The position numbers and the translations under genes are program-made. The notes under the pieces were generated by a model, which was not told the origin of the DNA, searched no databases, and saw nothing but the letters and a program-made list of their open reading frames with translations. 58,920 bases of DNA from a virus (taxonomy: Duplodnaviria > Caudoviricetes): IMG/VR virus record IMGVR_UViG_3300027782_000095, positions 1-58,920 of that record; one strand, given 5' to 3'. Shown one piece after another: positions 46,535 to 58,200 of this stretch. Each line of letters begins with the position of its first letter. Positions within the stretch are counted from its first letter, which is position 1.

Positions 46535-47095
46535 ATGATTAAACGCTTATATAGTAAGTACTTTCAAAAATCTAAGTCTTTTTTATACCCTGCATTGGGT
46601 ATAAAGAAGAACGATAAATTTAAACCTATTAACACCTATCTTTCAATAGAAGGATTGATAGAACCAGAAGATGCTAAATTTATATGTACTTTTGAAAACA
46701 AAGATACAGAAGCATTTAAATATTTTGAAACTAAAATGTTAATAGAAAATCCATTATTCTATGAAAAGATAGAAATGGAGGATTGTAACATCTATGTGTT
46801 TGATTATGAAATATATACAAGTGATTGGTTTAATTTTATTTTAGGTAAATATTCTAAATTATCAAATGTTCTTAAAAGAGCTATCAAAACCTATTATGGT
46901 GAAGGTAGTTCTGAATACGAAATTATAGACACTTATTTGCATCCTAAAGAATATTATGATCTTTATAGTGATCTATTGAATGTTGACATAAATTCTCTAC
47001 AAAAAATAGGAGAGTTATGCGACCCTTGTGATATGGAAAAAGAAAATTTGAAAATTTCTGTAGAATATTTAGATAAATTAAAAAAAACTATATAA
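46535..47095 (+). CDS. Hypothetical protein
   Basis: 186 aa; FLYPALG...FILGKYSKLS. Confidence 0.65.
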   Translation: MIKRLYSKYFQKSKSFLYPALGIKKNDKFKPINTYLSIEGLIEPEDAKFICTFENKDTEAFKYFETKMLIENPLFYEKIEMEDCNIYVFDYEIYTSDWFNFILGKYSKLSNVLKRAIKTYYGEGSSEYEIIDTYLHPKEYYDLYSDLLNVDINSLQKIGELCDPCDMEKENLKISVEYLDKLKKTI

Positions 47096-47100
47096 CTTTG
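47093..47100 (+). promoter_or_regulatory. Bacteroidota -7 element TAACTTTG
   Basis: Matches TAnnTTTG, 16 nt upstream of the ATG at 47117. Confidence 0.5.
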
Positions 47101-47116
47101 TAAAAAACCAATTAGT

Positions 47117-47530
47117 ATGAGTAACATGTTATTAATTACATCAAGCTGGGGACCAGCTAAGACTTTCAAGTTGATCCCTATTGACAAAGACTGTCCATTC
47201 AATGAATGTATATTTGATGTTCAATCAAAAGTGCTTGCCATTATTGGCAAAGAAAGTAAAGAATCTTTTCACATGCTTCCAAAACTTACTGATCTTGGAG
47301 ATGTTATGCGTCTTAAACTAGGTAAGAAAGAAAATGGAAAAGATTATGCTGAAGAACGCAAAGCTCTTGTAACATTTTATGAATATTATATCATAGAAAG
47401 AGCAGAGATTGTTGACTTCATATCAAAGTTTGCAACTAACGCTGCTGATTTTGATTATGTACAGTATCTTGATTTAGAAATTCCTAAAGAAGGACCTGTA
47501 GCGAATAATATAATTACTTCTGTAATTTAA
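47117..47530 (+). CDS. Hypothetical protein
   Basis: 137 aa ORF. Confidence 0.65.
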   Translation: MSNMLLITSSWGPAKTFKLIPIDKDCPFNECIFDVQSKVLAIIGKESKESFHMLPKLTDLGDVMRLKLGKKENGKDYAEERKALVTFYEYYIIERAEIVDFISKFATNAADFDYVQYLDLEIPKEGPVANNIITSVI

Positions 47531-47550
47531 TTGTTATTCATACTTAAAAG

Positions 47551-47579
47551 AAAGGAGGTGCCTAGCACTTCCTTTTTTT
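47551..47579 (+). terminator. Intrinsic terminator
   Basis: AAGGAGGTGC/GCACTTCCTT stem plus T-tract. Confidence 0.7.
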
Positions 47580-47616
47580 ATCTTAAGGGGAAACAGCTTA
47601 ACTGAATATTATAAAA

Positions 47617-49545
47617 ATGAATACACACTGGGTAATGGACTATGAAACTATTTGTAATTGTTTCATAGCTGTATTTGAACACTATAAAAAAGAAGAAAAG
47701 CATGTGTTCGTTGTTTGCGAACAGCAAAATGACTTTCCTGAGTTTGTCACATTTCTTCAAAGATGTGTGACAGAAAATGAATGGCACATCTCTTATAATG
47801 GATTAAGTTTCGATGCCCAAATATCTCAATATATTCTTGGTGTAAAAGATAAACTACTTCTATTAGATGGTAAATCTATAGCAGAAACTATTTATAAGTT
47901 TGCACAAGAAACAATTGATAGATCTGATAAAGGAGAGTTTGCTCTCTATCCTCCAAGTAAACTTAAGATTAGACAAATTGATCTCTTTAAACTAAATCAT
48001 TGGGATAATAAAGCCAAGATGAGCAGTTTAAAGTGGATACAGTATTCTATGGACTGGGATAATGTAGAAGAAATGCCTCATCCACACTATGAACCTGTTA
48101 CAAATAGTAACACTTTAAGAGATGTAGTGAATTATTGTATTAATGACGTTAAATCTACCAAGAACATTTTAGATCATTCTAAAGAACAGATACAACTTAG
48201 ACAGACTCTCACCAAAGAGTATGGTATTGACTTGTATTCTGCTTCAGAGCCACGTATATCTAAAGAGTTATTTTTACACTTCTTAAGTAAGAAGTTAAAA
48301 TGGAACAAATCTGAGATTAAAACTCTTCGTACAAGAAGACCCACCATCAGTTTAAATGATTGCATCCTACCTTATGTTCAGTTTAACACTCCAGAGTTTA
48401 ACAAAATGTTGGATTATTTTCGCACTAAAGTTATATCCTCTACAAAAGATGGATTTAAGTATAGTGTAAACTATAAAGGTGTAAAAACTGATTATGGATT
48501 AGGTGGTATTCATGGTGCTATAGAATCTGGATTATATGAAGCTCCTCCAGGCTGGACAATAATGACGTCTGACGTTACTAGTTTCTATCCTAATCTAGCT
48601 ATTAAAAATCAATTTCATCCTGCTCACATTCCACAAAAGGAATTTGGCGAGCTATATGAGTGGTTCTTTGAAGAAAGAAAGAAGATTCCTAAAACAGATC
48701 CTAAGAACTATGTGTATAAGATTATATTAAACTCCACTTATGGATTGACAGGCGATGAAAATAGTTTCCTGTATGATCCTAAGATGACTATGCAAATCAC
48801 CATCAATGGTCAGTTATTACTAACTATGCTCTATGAGATGTTATGTGATAATATACCAGAAGCAAAACCTCTTATGCAAAATACAGATGGTCTTGAGATG
48901 ATGATTCCTACAGAGAAGATTCCTGTTTACATGAAAGTTTGTGAACAATGGGAGAAGCTTACCAATCTTGTTCTTGAGCATGATGAATATTCCAAAATGA
49001 TTATTGGTGATGTAAATAATTACATGGCTGTGTATAAGAATGGAAAAGTCAAATGCAAAGGTAGATTTGAATGGGAAGACCTTGAGAAAAAGAAAGTGGC
49101 TATGTTCCATAAGAACAAAAGCTTCTTAATCATTCCTAAGGCTATATATGCATTCTTTGTACATGGTACAATGCCTGAAGACTTTGTAGCACAGAATCAA
49201 AACATATTTGATTATTGTGGTGCAGTTAAAGCTAAAGGAGGCTGGTACTTTGAAGAAAGAAAAATAGTTAATGGAGAAGTTGTAAATAACAGGCTACAGA
49301 AGATTATTAGATATTATATAGCTGAAGATGGAGGTAAACTTGTTAAGTGCAACAAAGATGGCAGGGAGATTCAAGTGGAGGCAGGTCAATGGCTTCAAAC
49401 CACTGTTAATAAACTTACTAAAGATGATAAGCCTTTTGACGATTATAATATCAATCTAAACTATTATATCGAGAGTATTTATAAAGAAATCACTCAGATA
49501 CAAAAAGTTAGACCAATGGCTTATTCTCAATTATCATTATTTTAA
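47617..49545 (+). CDS. polB: DNA polymerase family B with 3'-5' exonuclease
   Basis: Exonuclease DYET, YNGLSFD, YCINDV; polymerase DVTSFYP, KIILNSTYG, NTDG. Confidence 0.93.
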   Translation: MNTHWVMDYETICNCFIAVFEHYKKEEKHVFVVCEQQNDFPEFVTFLQRCVTENEWHISYNGLSFDAQISQYILGVKDKLLLLDGKSIAETIYKFAQETIDRSDKGEFALYPPSKLKIRQIDLFKLNHWDNKAKMSSLKWIQYSMDWDNVEEMPHPHYEPVTNSNTLRDVVNYCINDVKSTKNILDHSKEQIQLRQTLTKEYGIDLYSASEPRISKELFLHFLSKKLKWNKSEIKTLRTRRPTISLNDCILPYVQFNTPEFNKMLDYFRTKVISSTKDGFKYSVNYKGVKTDYGLGGIHGAIESGLYEAPPGWTIMTSDVTSFYPNLAIKNQFHPAHIPQKEFGELYEWFFEERKKIPKTDPKNYVYKIILNSTYGLTGDENSFLYDPKMTMQITINGQLLLTMLYEMLCDNIPEAKPLMQNTDGLEMMIPTEKIPVYMKVCEQWEKLTNLVLEHDEYSKMIIGDVNNYMAVYKNGKVKCKGRFEWEDLEKKKVAMFHKNKSFLIIPKAIYAFFVHGTMPEDFVAQNQNIFDYCGAVKAKGGWYFEERKIVNGEVVNNRLQKIIRYYIAEDGGKLVKCNKDGREIQVEAGQWLQTTVNKLTKDDKPFDDYNINLNYYIESIYKEITQIQKVRPMAYSQLSLF

Positions 49546-49558
49546 AAAACCAATAATT

Positions 49559-50434
49559 ATGGGTGCTAACACACAATTTGTCACAGAAGATGTTATCAAA
49601 AATGCAGCCCTCCCTAATCATGGAGGCAGATATGGGGTGATTCCTCATGGATTTATTATAGATGAAACTCGTAAAGAGTTAGCCAATCAGGGCTTTAGAA
49701 TTACAAGAGAGTTATACAAGACTAATAAAGATGGTCAAGTGGCTCAAGGTATTTATCACTTAGATGTAGCTAATGACCCAGATATGGGTATGATGTTTGC
49801 TTGGTCTAATAGTTACAATAAAACTATGAGATTTAAATGTGCTGTAGGAGCTCAAGTATTTATATGTATGAATGGTGTAGTGTCTGGTGACATTGCTAAC
49901 TTTTCACGTAAGCATATTGGACAAGGAGCTTTACAAGATGCAATTGATACTATTAAGAATCAATTGCAGAATGCATACACTTACTATAACAAGCTTGTAC
50001 AGGATAAGAATATGTTAATGAACATCACTCTTCCTAGAAAAGACCAAGCTGCTATTGTAGGTAGATTATTTGCTGATGATGAAATACTCACTCCTACACA
50101 AACCAGTATTGTAAAGAAAGAAATGTACACACCAAGTCATAACTATAATTGTAGTAATGATTCAGCATGGGCATTATATAATCATATCACTCTTGCTTTG
50201 AAAGAGTCTCACCCAGGTTTATACCTAGCAGACCATCAAAAAGTTCATAACTTTTTTGTTAATGAATTTGGTCAGTTGGTTACTACCACTAACCAACTAG
50301 TTGATCCTATAGACGAAGAAGAGGATAATTATCAAATAGTTGAACCAGTGAGTCCAGCAGGAGGATCTGATTTTGATATAGATGCTATAAATGCAGAGTT
50401 AAATCAAACTGCATATGGAGTAAACTTTTTATAA
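49559..50434 (+). CDS. DUF932-like protein
   Basis: NSYNKT...G..VFICMNG...H and SAWALYNHIT..LK motifs. Confidence 0.7.
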   Translation: MGANTQFVTEDVIKNAALPNHGGRYGVIPHGFIIDETRKELANQGFRITRELYKTNKDGQVAQGIYHLDVANDPDMGMMFAWSNSYNKTMRFKCAVGAQVFICMNGVVSGDIANFSRKHIGQGALQDAIDTIKNQLQNAYTYYNKLVQDKNMLMNITLPRKDQAAIVGRLFADDEILTPTQTSIVKKEMYTPSHNYNCSNDSAWALYNHITLALKESHPGLYLADHQKVHNFFVNEFGQLVTTTNQLVDPIDEEEDNYQIVEPVSPAGGSDFDIDAINAELNQTAYGVNFL

Positions 50435-50446
50435 CCCAAAAACCAA

Positions 50447-50485
50447 CAGGAGGTGGCTATATTATGTAGTCATCTCCTAATTTTT
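50447..50485 (+). terminator. Intrinsic terminator
   Basis: AGGAGGTGGCTA/TAGTCATCTCCT stem plus T-tract. Confidence 0.65.
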
Positions 50486-50570
50486 ATCATGTATCAAAGA
50501 AAAAACACAATAAGAGGATGGATTTATCACATCTATCTAGTAATTTTGTCAATGTTTAAAAAACCACCTT

Positions 50571-51266
50571 ATGATAATAGGCGTTAATGGGTATTCAGGC
50601 TCAGGCAAAGATACCATAGGTATAATTATTCAATATTTAAACTGCACTAATATAGGCAATATTACTATTGAAGAAGCTATAAGAGATTATAAAGACCACA
50701 AATGGTGGCTTGAAGATCAATCTGAATGGCAAATTAGAAAGTTTGCAGGTAAGCTTAAAGATATAGCTGAGCATCTTACAGGTATAGATATAGAAAAGTT
50801 TGAAGACCAAGAGTTTAAAAAAACCAATCTTAGTTCAGAATGGGATGTTCCTGCTGAAGTTAGTTTAGTAGATGGAGTAGTTAATATAGGTGAATATAGA
50901 CCTATGACTGTAAGAGAGTTTTTACAAAAACTTGGCACAAATGCTCTTAGAAATGGACTACATGATAATGTATGGGTGAATGCTTTATTTGCAGACTATA
51001 AACTTATAGAGTATGGGGATGATGAGCAAGGTCACTATCCTAATTGGGTGATAACTGACACTCGTTTTCCTAATGAAGCTCAAGCTATCAAAGATAAAGG
51101 AGGAATTGTTATTCGTGTAGATAGACCAGGCGTTAGTCCCATTAATGATCACCCTAGTGAGATAGGACTTGATAGTTGGAAGTTTGATTACAAAATAGTA
51201 AATAACTCAGATTTATTTAAACTTAAGTTTGATATTTTTAATATTTTAAAACACGCAACAAAATAA
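50571..51266 (+). CDS. Deoxynucleoside monophosphate kinase
   Basis: GYSGSGKDT, FAGKLK, REFLQKLGT, DTRFPNE and HPSE motifs. Confidence 0.9.
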   Translation: MIIGVNGYSGSGKDTIGIIIQYLNCTNIGNITIEEAIRDYKDHKWWLEDQSEWQIRKFAGKLKDIAEHLTGIDIEKFEDQEFKKTNLSSEWDVPAEVSLVDGVVNIGEYRPMTVREFLQKLGTNALRNGLHDNVWVNALFADYKLIEYGDDEQGHYPNWVITDTRFPNEAQAIKDKGGIVIRVDRPGVSPINDHPSEIGLDSWKFDYKIVNNSDLFKLKFDIFNILKHATK

Positions 51267-51273
51267 AAGAATA

Positions 51274-51729
51274 ATGGAAAAAAAATTAAAAGTCAGTCTT
51301 TACCTAGATGATGTAAGAACACCTATAGAAACTATACGTGGATATCACCCATGGAATGTGGTAAGAAACTACGATGAGTTTAAAGAATGGATAGTTAAGA
51401 ATGGTATACCAGACTTAATATCTTTTGACCATGATTTAGCAGACGAGCATGCTGATGACTATTTTAGTCAAGTGGCTCAACAAGGATTTCAACAACCAGA
51501 CTACGCTTCTTATAAAGAAAAAACAGGAGTTGATTGTGCTAACTTTGTAGCAGAATATTGTCAAAAAATGAATGTAAAATTAAAACAATGTTCTGTACAT
51601 AGTCATAATCCTGTGGGTTCTAAAAACATCCAAGACTTTGTCAATGGGTTTAAGAAACATATGGGTTGGGATGAAGATTGTTTTATAATGAAACATCCAT
51701 TTGAAATAAAAGAAAAAGGGAGCAATTAA
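51274..51729 (+). CDS. Cyclic-phosphate-processing receiver (cREC)-like protein
   Basis: LYLDDVRTP, ISFDHDL, TGVDCA and VHSHNPVG motifs. Confidence 0.75.
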   Translation: MEKKLKVSLYLDDVRTPIETIRGYHPWNVVRNYDEFKEWIVKNGIPDLISFDHDLADEHADDYFSQVAQQGFQQPDYASYKEKTGVDCANFVAEYCQKMNVKLKQCSVHSHNPVGSKNIQDFVNGFKKHMGWDEDCFIMKHPFEIKEKGSN

Positions 51730-51742
51730 ACTCCCTTTTTTT
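51712..51742. terminator. Bidirectional terminator between convergent operons
   Basis: AAAAAGGGAG/CTCCCTTTTT stem. Confidence 0.65.
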
Positions 51743-54700
51743 ATAATCCTGTTTGTTTCTTATAGTATTCTATTCTATTTATATTACTCAAGAATGGAAG
51801 TATTTTTGTTACTTTCAATATTGTTCTTTCATTGTCATACATCTCTTTACCATTCTTATCTTGCACGCCTAAACTGTGATAGGTTACAGCTTTGATAGCA
51901 GCTCCCCAGTTTTTAGCTGTTTGTATTACAGGGAATACATTTTGTTGCAATTCAGCTGCAGAACCAATACTCATGTAATAAAGCATGTCTCTATTAAGAT
52001 CATGTAATTGTCTTAATACAAGTAGATTATAAATCTTTTTATCTTTATCATCATCTGGAGCTGCTGCTTTAAGAAGAGCATAAGCTATAAGAAGTGTTGT
52101 TATGATTTGCATCTCTTTCACCATCTTTTTGAAGTTACTCAATTGCATTTCATCATCAATCCCTGGGTTGGCTCCCATAAGAGCCTTTACCATCATTGGA
52201 ACAATCTGTAGCTTTTTCTCTACCACCATTCTTCCAAAAGTTCTATAATATCCTTCTTCTTCTCTTTGCAATAAAGCATCAGTGTGACGAGGATCAAAAC
52301 GAACTCCAAGAGTTTCAGGAAGCCAAGACTTAAATAGAATAAGCATTCTACCAACAGCATTGCTTTTAACCTTTAAAGGTACATCTCTACCAGTGGCACC
52401 ATGTAATTTATTAGCAAGTTGTTTGTATTTAAGTAGGTTATCCATATAGAAATCTTCAAATGATTTACCACCATTTGCTTTTTCATCCCATTCACCATAC
52501 TTTTCCACATCATATTCTCTATCTTCTGTAAGACTATCATAAAAATCAACCTTTTCTCCTTTAGATGTTACTACTTTCTCTTTTTTCATAGCTGCTAAAA
52601 TCATCTCAGCTTTAAAATGAAAATCACCAGAAGATAACCAAGTGTATGCTTTAGGAAGCATTTCTCTAAACTTATCTATTCCAGTTTTCTTATTAACTAA
52701 TGTTTTTAAGAACATACCATCTTCACCTTCAGCAAGACTAGCATCAGCCATAAGACCAAAAATAATTTTAGTGTTTTTTGTTTGGAACTTACCAAAAGAC
52801 CAATATCTAGCAGAAGATTCAATAATTGTTTTATTAGCCCACACTAAATCAGCTCTACTGAAATCTCTTCCCCCATGTGAATGAATTCTATTATTAATTT
52901 TACCTATTAGTACATTTCGTATAGCTGAGAAAGGTGAGAATCCTAAACTTAATAAACGAGTGTTAGATATAGCTGTATCAATTGTTTTTGTAAGAGAGAA
53001 GTTTCTTCCTCCTAGATTGTAATATTCTTTTTCTTTAACTTTAGCTTCTTCTTCTAACTTAGTTCTTTCATCATCTGTTAAACCTTCATTTTCTAATTTA
53101 GTGTTAATAACTTTGATATCTTCACTAAGTTGTTGAGCTTTTTTAGCATCAGCACTGTTCCATAATCCTAGAGCTGCTAATTCTTTCCAGTCGTACCAAA
53201 GTCTATCAGATTTCCAAAGTTCGTCTTCACTCTTAATACCATAGAAACTTCTAAGTACAGTGTGTTCTACAAGAGATTTAATACGAGAAGCATCTTTGTC
53301 TACAGCCTCTAATTTACCAAGCTTTTTGTTTTTCTCATAAGAACCTTCAGTGCCTTTGATAATATCAGTGATGGTATCCACCTCAGCTTTTATTGTATTC
53401 TTATGTTTATACACAAGAGACATATCACTCATTAGTTTTGCCATTAACACTAAATCTTTAGATCTTTCTTCTACAGGGACATTTTCATTAATGAACTTAG
53501 CTTCAAAACCACGTCTTTCTTTTTTTGTAAAAGCTCCAATATCTTTCTTTGTTTCAAAGTTGGACACTGTTAATGCATTTACAAACCAGTCACCCAATCC
53601 AGCAACACTTTCTTTGAGATTGGTTAATCCATATTCTTTTACAGCACGATCTGCTAATACAGGTAGGAAGTCAGGACCTAGCTCATCAATTTCATCTTGA
53701 GGAAACCACTTAAGAGTGTCTTGAATAAAACCATTCCACCAGTTGTAAAACTTAAGAAGCTTAGGATCATTTAATATTTTAGCAAAGTTCTCATCATAAT
53801 ACTTAGTGGGAACACCTTTAATTTGTTTAGCAGCAATTAAATAAGAAAATTTAGCTCCACCATATGCTGTAATTTTTTCTGCACCAAAAAACTTTTGGTC
53901 CATATACTTTAATGGATTGTTAAGATCATCATATTGATCCACTTTCATATTTACAAACTCATCAAAACTCATATCCTGTGGTACAATAGCAGGATTTGTT
54001 ACAGCTTCGTTTTCTATATCATATCTATACTCTTCCTTTGACACCTCAAACTCTTCATATTTCTTTTGAGACTCAGCTATAATAGCATCTATTTCTTCTT
54101 TACCAAACCCTAATTGTCTCATTTTATTAATCTCAAAAGTTCTTTGAGAATCATTATAATCATTTGGCTTTAAAAAAACAAGTGAATTAAAAGCAATAGT
54201 GTTTGACTCATTCCATGCATTGAATCTTTGCCATGCTTTTTTAATAAGATCTGCATCACCATTAGCACGCTCTATATCTTTACGAAGCATACTGTTATTA
54301 ACTTTCTTAGCAGCTGCAAATTCAGGACTATATCTTGATACAAGAGACATTTGCTTATTACCATCTTTATCCTCATTAATTCTAAAGAAGATGTCAAAAC
54401 CATTCTTTTTTATTTCAGGATGATCTTTAATAGGAGCAAATTGATCATCAATCTCAGCTTGATTTTTGTTATGCTCCATGTTAATCTTCATGTTAACTTT
54501 CTTTATAATGAAAGCTAACTTATTAGGTAGAGCAACACCAGTGGTGCTAAGTTCACGAGCCCATTCTGTAAACCAAGATGTATCGACCATCTTAGTTATA
54601 TCAGCTTCACTTAATCCTGTAGACTCTTTTACAAGCTCTATAGCAATTCTACGAGACTTTTTACTAAGATCAGAATATTTAGCATCTACTTCCTGCACTC

Positions 54701-55220
54701 TATTACGTGTATCCTCATTCTTAACATCCACTGAACTCTCAATACCTAACACTTTATATAAGTTTGACCAGGTTTCTACAATGTTATTTGCAAACTGCAA
54801 GTCGTTATAGGTGATATCAGTGTTACTATACATTGCTTCAACTAAATCACTATCAATCATAGCTTGAGATAGTAAAAAATCTAACTGCTTATCAATATCA
54901 GCATCGTTAAGATCACTAATACTTTTTGATATATCACTCATTATCTTTCTATACTCTGCTTTTTTAGCAAACTTTTCAGCTTTAGAAAGCTTAGGGTTAT
55001 TATTAATGGCCTGAAGCATATTGTTTGCATCACGATATCTTTGCTTAAGCATTAGATTACTATCAGCTAATAACTCAGATACTTTCTTTTTCTTAGCTGT
55101 GGCAACAGACTTGTATATATTATTAAGTCCACCAAACTCTGAAAAACCATCTTTTGATAGTTCTTTGATTAAGTTTTCCTTACTGAATTCTCTACCTTTG
55201 TATGTGTATTCACAAGCCAT
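51741..55220 (-). CDS. Large virion ejection (cargo) protein
   Basis: 1159 aa helical protein with C-terminal hydrophobic helices (GRMLILFKSWLP; IITTLLIAYALL), typical of podovirus ejection proteins. Confidence 0.6.
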   Translation of the reverse strand: MACEYTYKGREFSKENLIKELSKDGFSEFGGLNNIYKSVATAKKKKVSELLADSNLMLKQRYRDANNMLQAINNNPKLSKAEKFAKKAEYRKIMSDISKSISDLNDADIDKQLDFLLSQAMIDSDLVEAMYSNTDITYNDLQFANNIVETWSNLYKVLGIESSVDVKNEDTRNRVQEVDAKYSDLSKKSRRIAIELVKESTGLSEADITKMVDTSWFTEWARELSTTGVALPNKLAFIIKKVNMKINMEHNKNQAEIDDQFAPIKDHPEIKKNGFDIFFRINEDKDGNKQMSLVSRYSPEFAAAKKVNNSMLRKDIERANGDADLIKKAWQRFNAWNESNTIAFNSLVFLKPNDYNDSQRTFEINKMRQLGFGKEEIDAIIAESQKKYEEFEVSKEEYRYDIENEAVTNPAIVPQDMSFDEFVNMKVDQYDDLNNPLKYMDQKFFGAEKITAYGGAKFSYLIAAKQIKGVPTKYYDENFAKILNDPKLLKFYNWWNGFIQDTLKWFPQDEIDELGPDFLPVLADRAVKEYGLTNLKESVAGLGDWFVNALTVSNFETKKDIGAFTKKERRGFEAKFINENVPVEERSKDLVLMAKLMSDMSLVYKHKNTIKAEVDTITDIIKGTEGSYEKNKKLGKLEAVDKDASRIKSLVEHTVLRSFYGIKSEDELWKSDRLWYDWKELAALGLWNSADAKKAQQLSEDIKVINTKLENEGLTDDERTKLEEEAKVKEKEYYNLGGRNFSLTKTIDTAISNTRLLSLGFSPFSAIRNVLIGKINNRIHSHGGRDFSRADLVWANKTIIESSARYWSFGKFQTKNTKIIFGLMADASLAEGEDGMFLKTLVNKKTGIDKFREMLPKAYTWLSSGDFHFKAEMILAAMKKEKVVTSKGEKVDFYDSLTEDREYDVEKYGEWDEKANGGKSFEDFYMDNLLKYKQLANKLHGATGRDVPLKVKSNAVGRMLILFKSWLPETLGVRFDPRHTDALLQREEEGYYRTFGRMVVEKKLQIVPMMVKALMGANPGIDDEMQLSNFKKMVKEMQIITTLLIAYALLKAAAPDDDKDKKIYNLLVLRQLHDLNRDMLYYMSIGSAAELQQNVFPVIQTAKNWGAAIKAVTYHSLGVQDKNGKEMYDNERTILKVTKILPFLSNINRIEYYKKQTGL

Positions 55221-58200
55221 TTAGCATTTAGTTTTAATATTTAAGAATCTAGTTATATCAGCAAAGTTATCATTAATATTTTTAGTTTTTGCTTCCTGTG
55301 CAACAGCAATAGATCTTTGTTCTGTAGCTACTTCAGATGAATTTCTTGATTGAATAAGACCAACAATGTTTGTCAATCCTTCTTTTAGAACAGAATTATC
55401 TTTTACATTAATACCTAATGCTTTTAAAAGATTACCAATTAAATCCATAAACTTTTCAAAGATAGACTTTTCTCCATCGTATGTAGTGTTATTCATAAAG
55501 TCTTGGAATCCTTGGTCAGTCATAATCATACTTACAAAATCATGAACACTTGTTAATCCATAGTAGAGTGATTTATCAGAAGCAGACAAGTAACCATCTG
55601 TTTTCATTTGATCTTTAGCTTTTTGTAAAGCAGCAGCATGTTGAGGATCCATCATCATTTTATTATGCACAGCATCATAAAGGTTATTAATGTTTTCTAC
55701 ATACTTTCTTTGCTCAACACTAAGTGTCTCAGGTTTTGCATTTAAAAGTTCAGCAGTGATGTGATGCATAAACTCATGCATAAACACTTCATGTAACTTG
55801 TCTCTTATTGCATCTCCATCTAAAGCATCACCAACAGCTAATTTAGGATTAATTGTTATAGTTTTAGTATTACCATTATACATTCCTGGATCAGTTATCT
55901 TATCATCCATCACTATAGTGACAGGAGCCACTATTCCAGACTTAGCTATTGCTGTAATAACTTGTTTATTAAAAGCATTGGCATTTGAATAAACTCTGTT
56001 TAAGAAACCTTTAATATCAGTGATTGTCTTTTGACCCTGAAACATACTATTCACCCACTTATTAATATACTCAGTGGCACTATATTGCATTGCTAATTCT
56101 AGTGGATTAACCACTTCATTTGCTGCATAGCTATTCACTTCATTATTTGATGGGCTTTTTACTTCTTGAGAACCAGGAATAATACTACTTTCAGGTTTAA
56201 CTTCTTGACCATTATCTGATATAAAGCCTTTAAATACTTCTTGGTTATGTGATATATTAGAACCAGGACTCTTAATAATTACTAACGAACCACTAGTTCT
56301 TGTAACAGCAACATACATTGAGCTAAATATATCATCTTGGTTTACACTAGGATGTGCTCTGTTTTGTTTAATGTTATAATCCCCAACAATTACATTCTTA
56401 ATACTATTACCTTGAGCTGTATGAGAAGATCCTATATAAGATGGTGTGAAAGGTAGTTTTCCTTTACCATCGTGTAGCATTTTAATATCTTCTTTTGCAG
56501 TTTTAAAATCACCATACTGCATATCAAATGTGGCTATCACTTTTCCTGTAGACTTTTGTTTTATAGTGATTCCTTTTTGCATTTTGTTTTCATATCTACC
56601 AAGATCAACAGCAATATCTAACACTTTGCTATATCCTCTTAATCTATCTTGTCTATTATATAATAGAATTTGCTCCATATCAACCATTACACTTTTATCT
56701 ATATATTGAGCTATTGTGTAAGGAAGAATTTCTTTAAGAGATGTTTGAGTTTTAACAATATCCATCACTTTAAATCTTGCTCTAGGTTTGACTACACCTC
56801 CAGCAATAGCATATTCACCATCAATGTTGTCTATTTTTCTTTCGTCTAGTAAAGCTCTCACTTCATCAGATGTAGGTGTGTACATAAAGTCAGAAGCTTT
56901 CATCTCTACACCATCTGTAAACTCTACGTAATCTCCATTAGAAAAATTACGATGTGCTACAGAGTCAATCTGTTTTCCTATTTTAGCAAAATATGCTTTA
57001 CGAATTTTATCTGAAATAGCAATAGTAGTTGCATTTTCTACATTGTTATAATGCACCCAGAACATTCCATAAGGATTATTATTATCCTTTAAAAAATCTG
57101 TATAATCATCAATAACTCCTACAGTGTTATCTACAACAAGTATGTTTTCGCTTGACTTGCTTGTAAGCTTGTCGTAAGCATCAAATGAAAGTTGTTTAGC
57201 TTTCTCACCTTTTTTAGTGCGTTCAATGTTCTCTATGATTTGATTACCAATTGCATCATAAATAGCGTGTAAGTTTTTATTACTTGAACGCATCACCTGC
57301 GTAAGCTCTCTTGTTTTACTCTTATCAAGTAGTAATGTTGCAGATATAATACCTTTATTTACATCAGCGTTTTGTTGTTCTTTAATAGGACCAAGCTGAC
57401 GATAGTCACCCATGAAGATAAATATAGGCATTTTATTTGTTACACCTTCTTCTAAATCAGTGTTAATACGTGTAAGCATATCTTTAATATCTTGCACTTT
57501 AATCATAGAGCTTTCATCTACAATTATTATATCAGGAACACTAAATGCTTTTTTATATTTAATGTGCTCTAAATACTCCTCAGTTGTCATCATATCTAAC
57601 TCTGAGCTACCATATCTTATTTTATTTCTACGAGTGGCTGAAGGTATTGTATTCACTTTACCATCATTAGCTTTTTCAGAATCTAGTCCTAATGACTCCT
57701 GAAGTACAGTGGCTGCAGTGTGACTAGGAGCTAAGTACATTACATCATTTCTTCTATATTTATTACCAGTGCTTTCTAATCCTTTTATAATAGCTCTAAT
57801 AACTGTTGTTTTACCAACACCTCCTCTACCTGCAAGTCCTATCATATTATCCCACATCACTTTAGGAATAACACCTGTAAACTTCTGTGTAAGAGGGTCT
57901 GTAAAAGAAACTGTATTCTCTAAGTCTTCAGCACGAACATTAGTTCTTTCTTTAAGTATTCTCTCAACATTTCCTTTTATAAAGTTAAAAGCTTCTTGTT
58001 GACCATCATTCATTAAAAACTTAGTGGTGTCATCTTCAAATATCATCATGTTGTTTTCATTAGATCCTTCAGGTACACTAATTTTCTTTTCACCTGGAAC
58101 CACCACTTCTTTAACTTTTGTTTCTGGATCATAAAGATCTTGATCTAACTTGTCACCTAAAGCAGCATGAACTTCTTGCATAAGTTTAGGATCAGTTATT

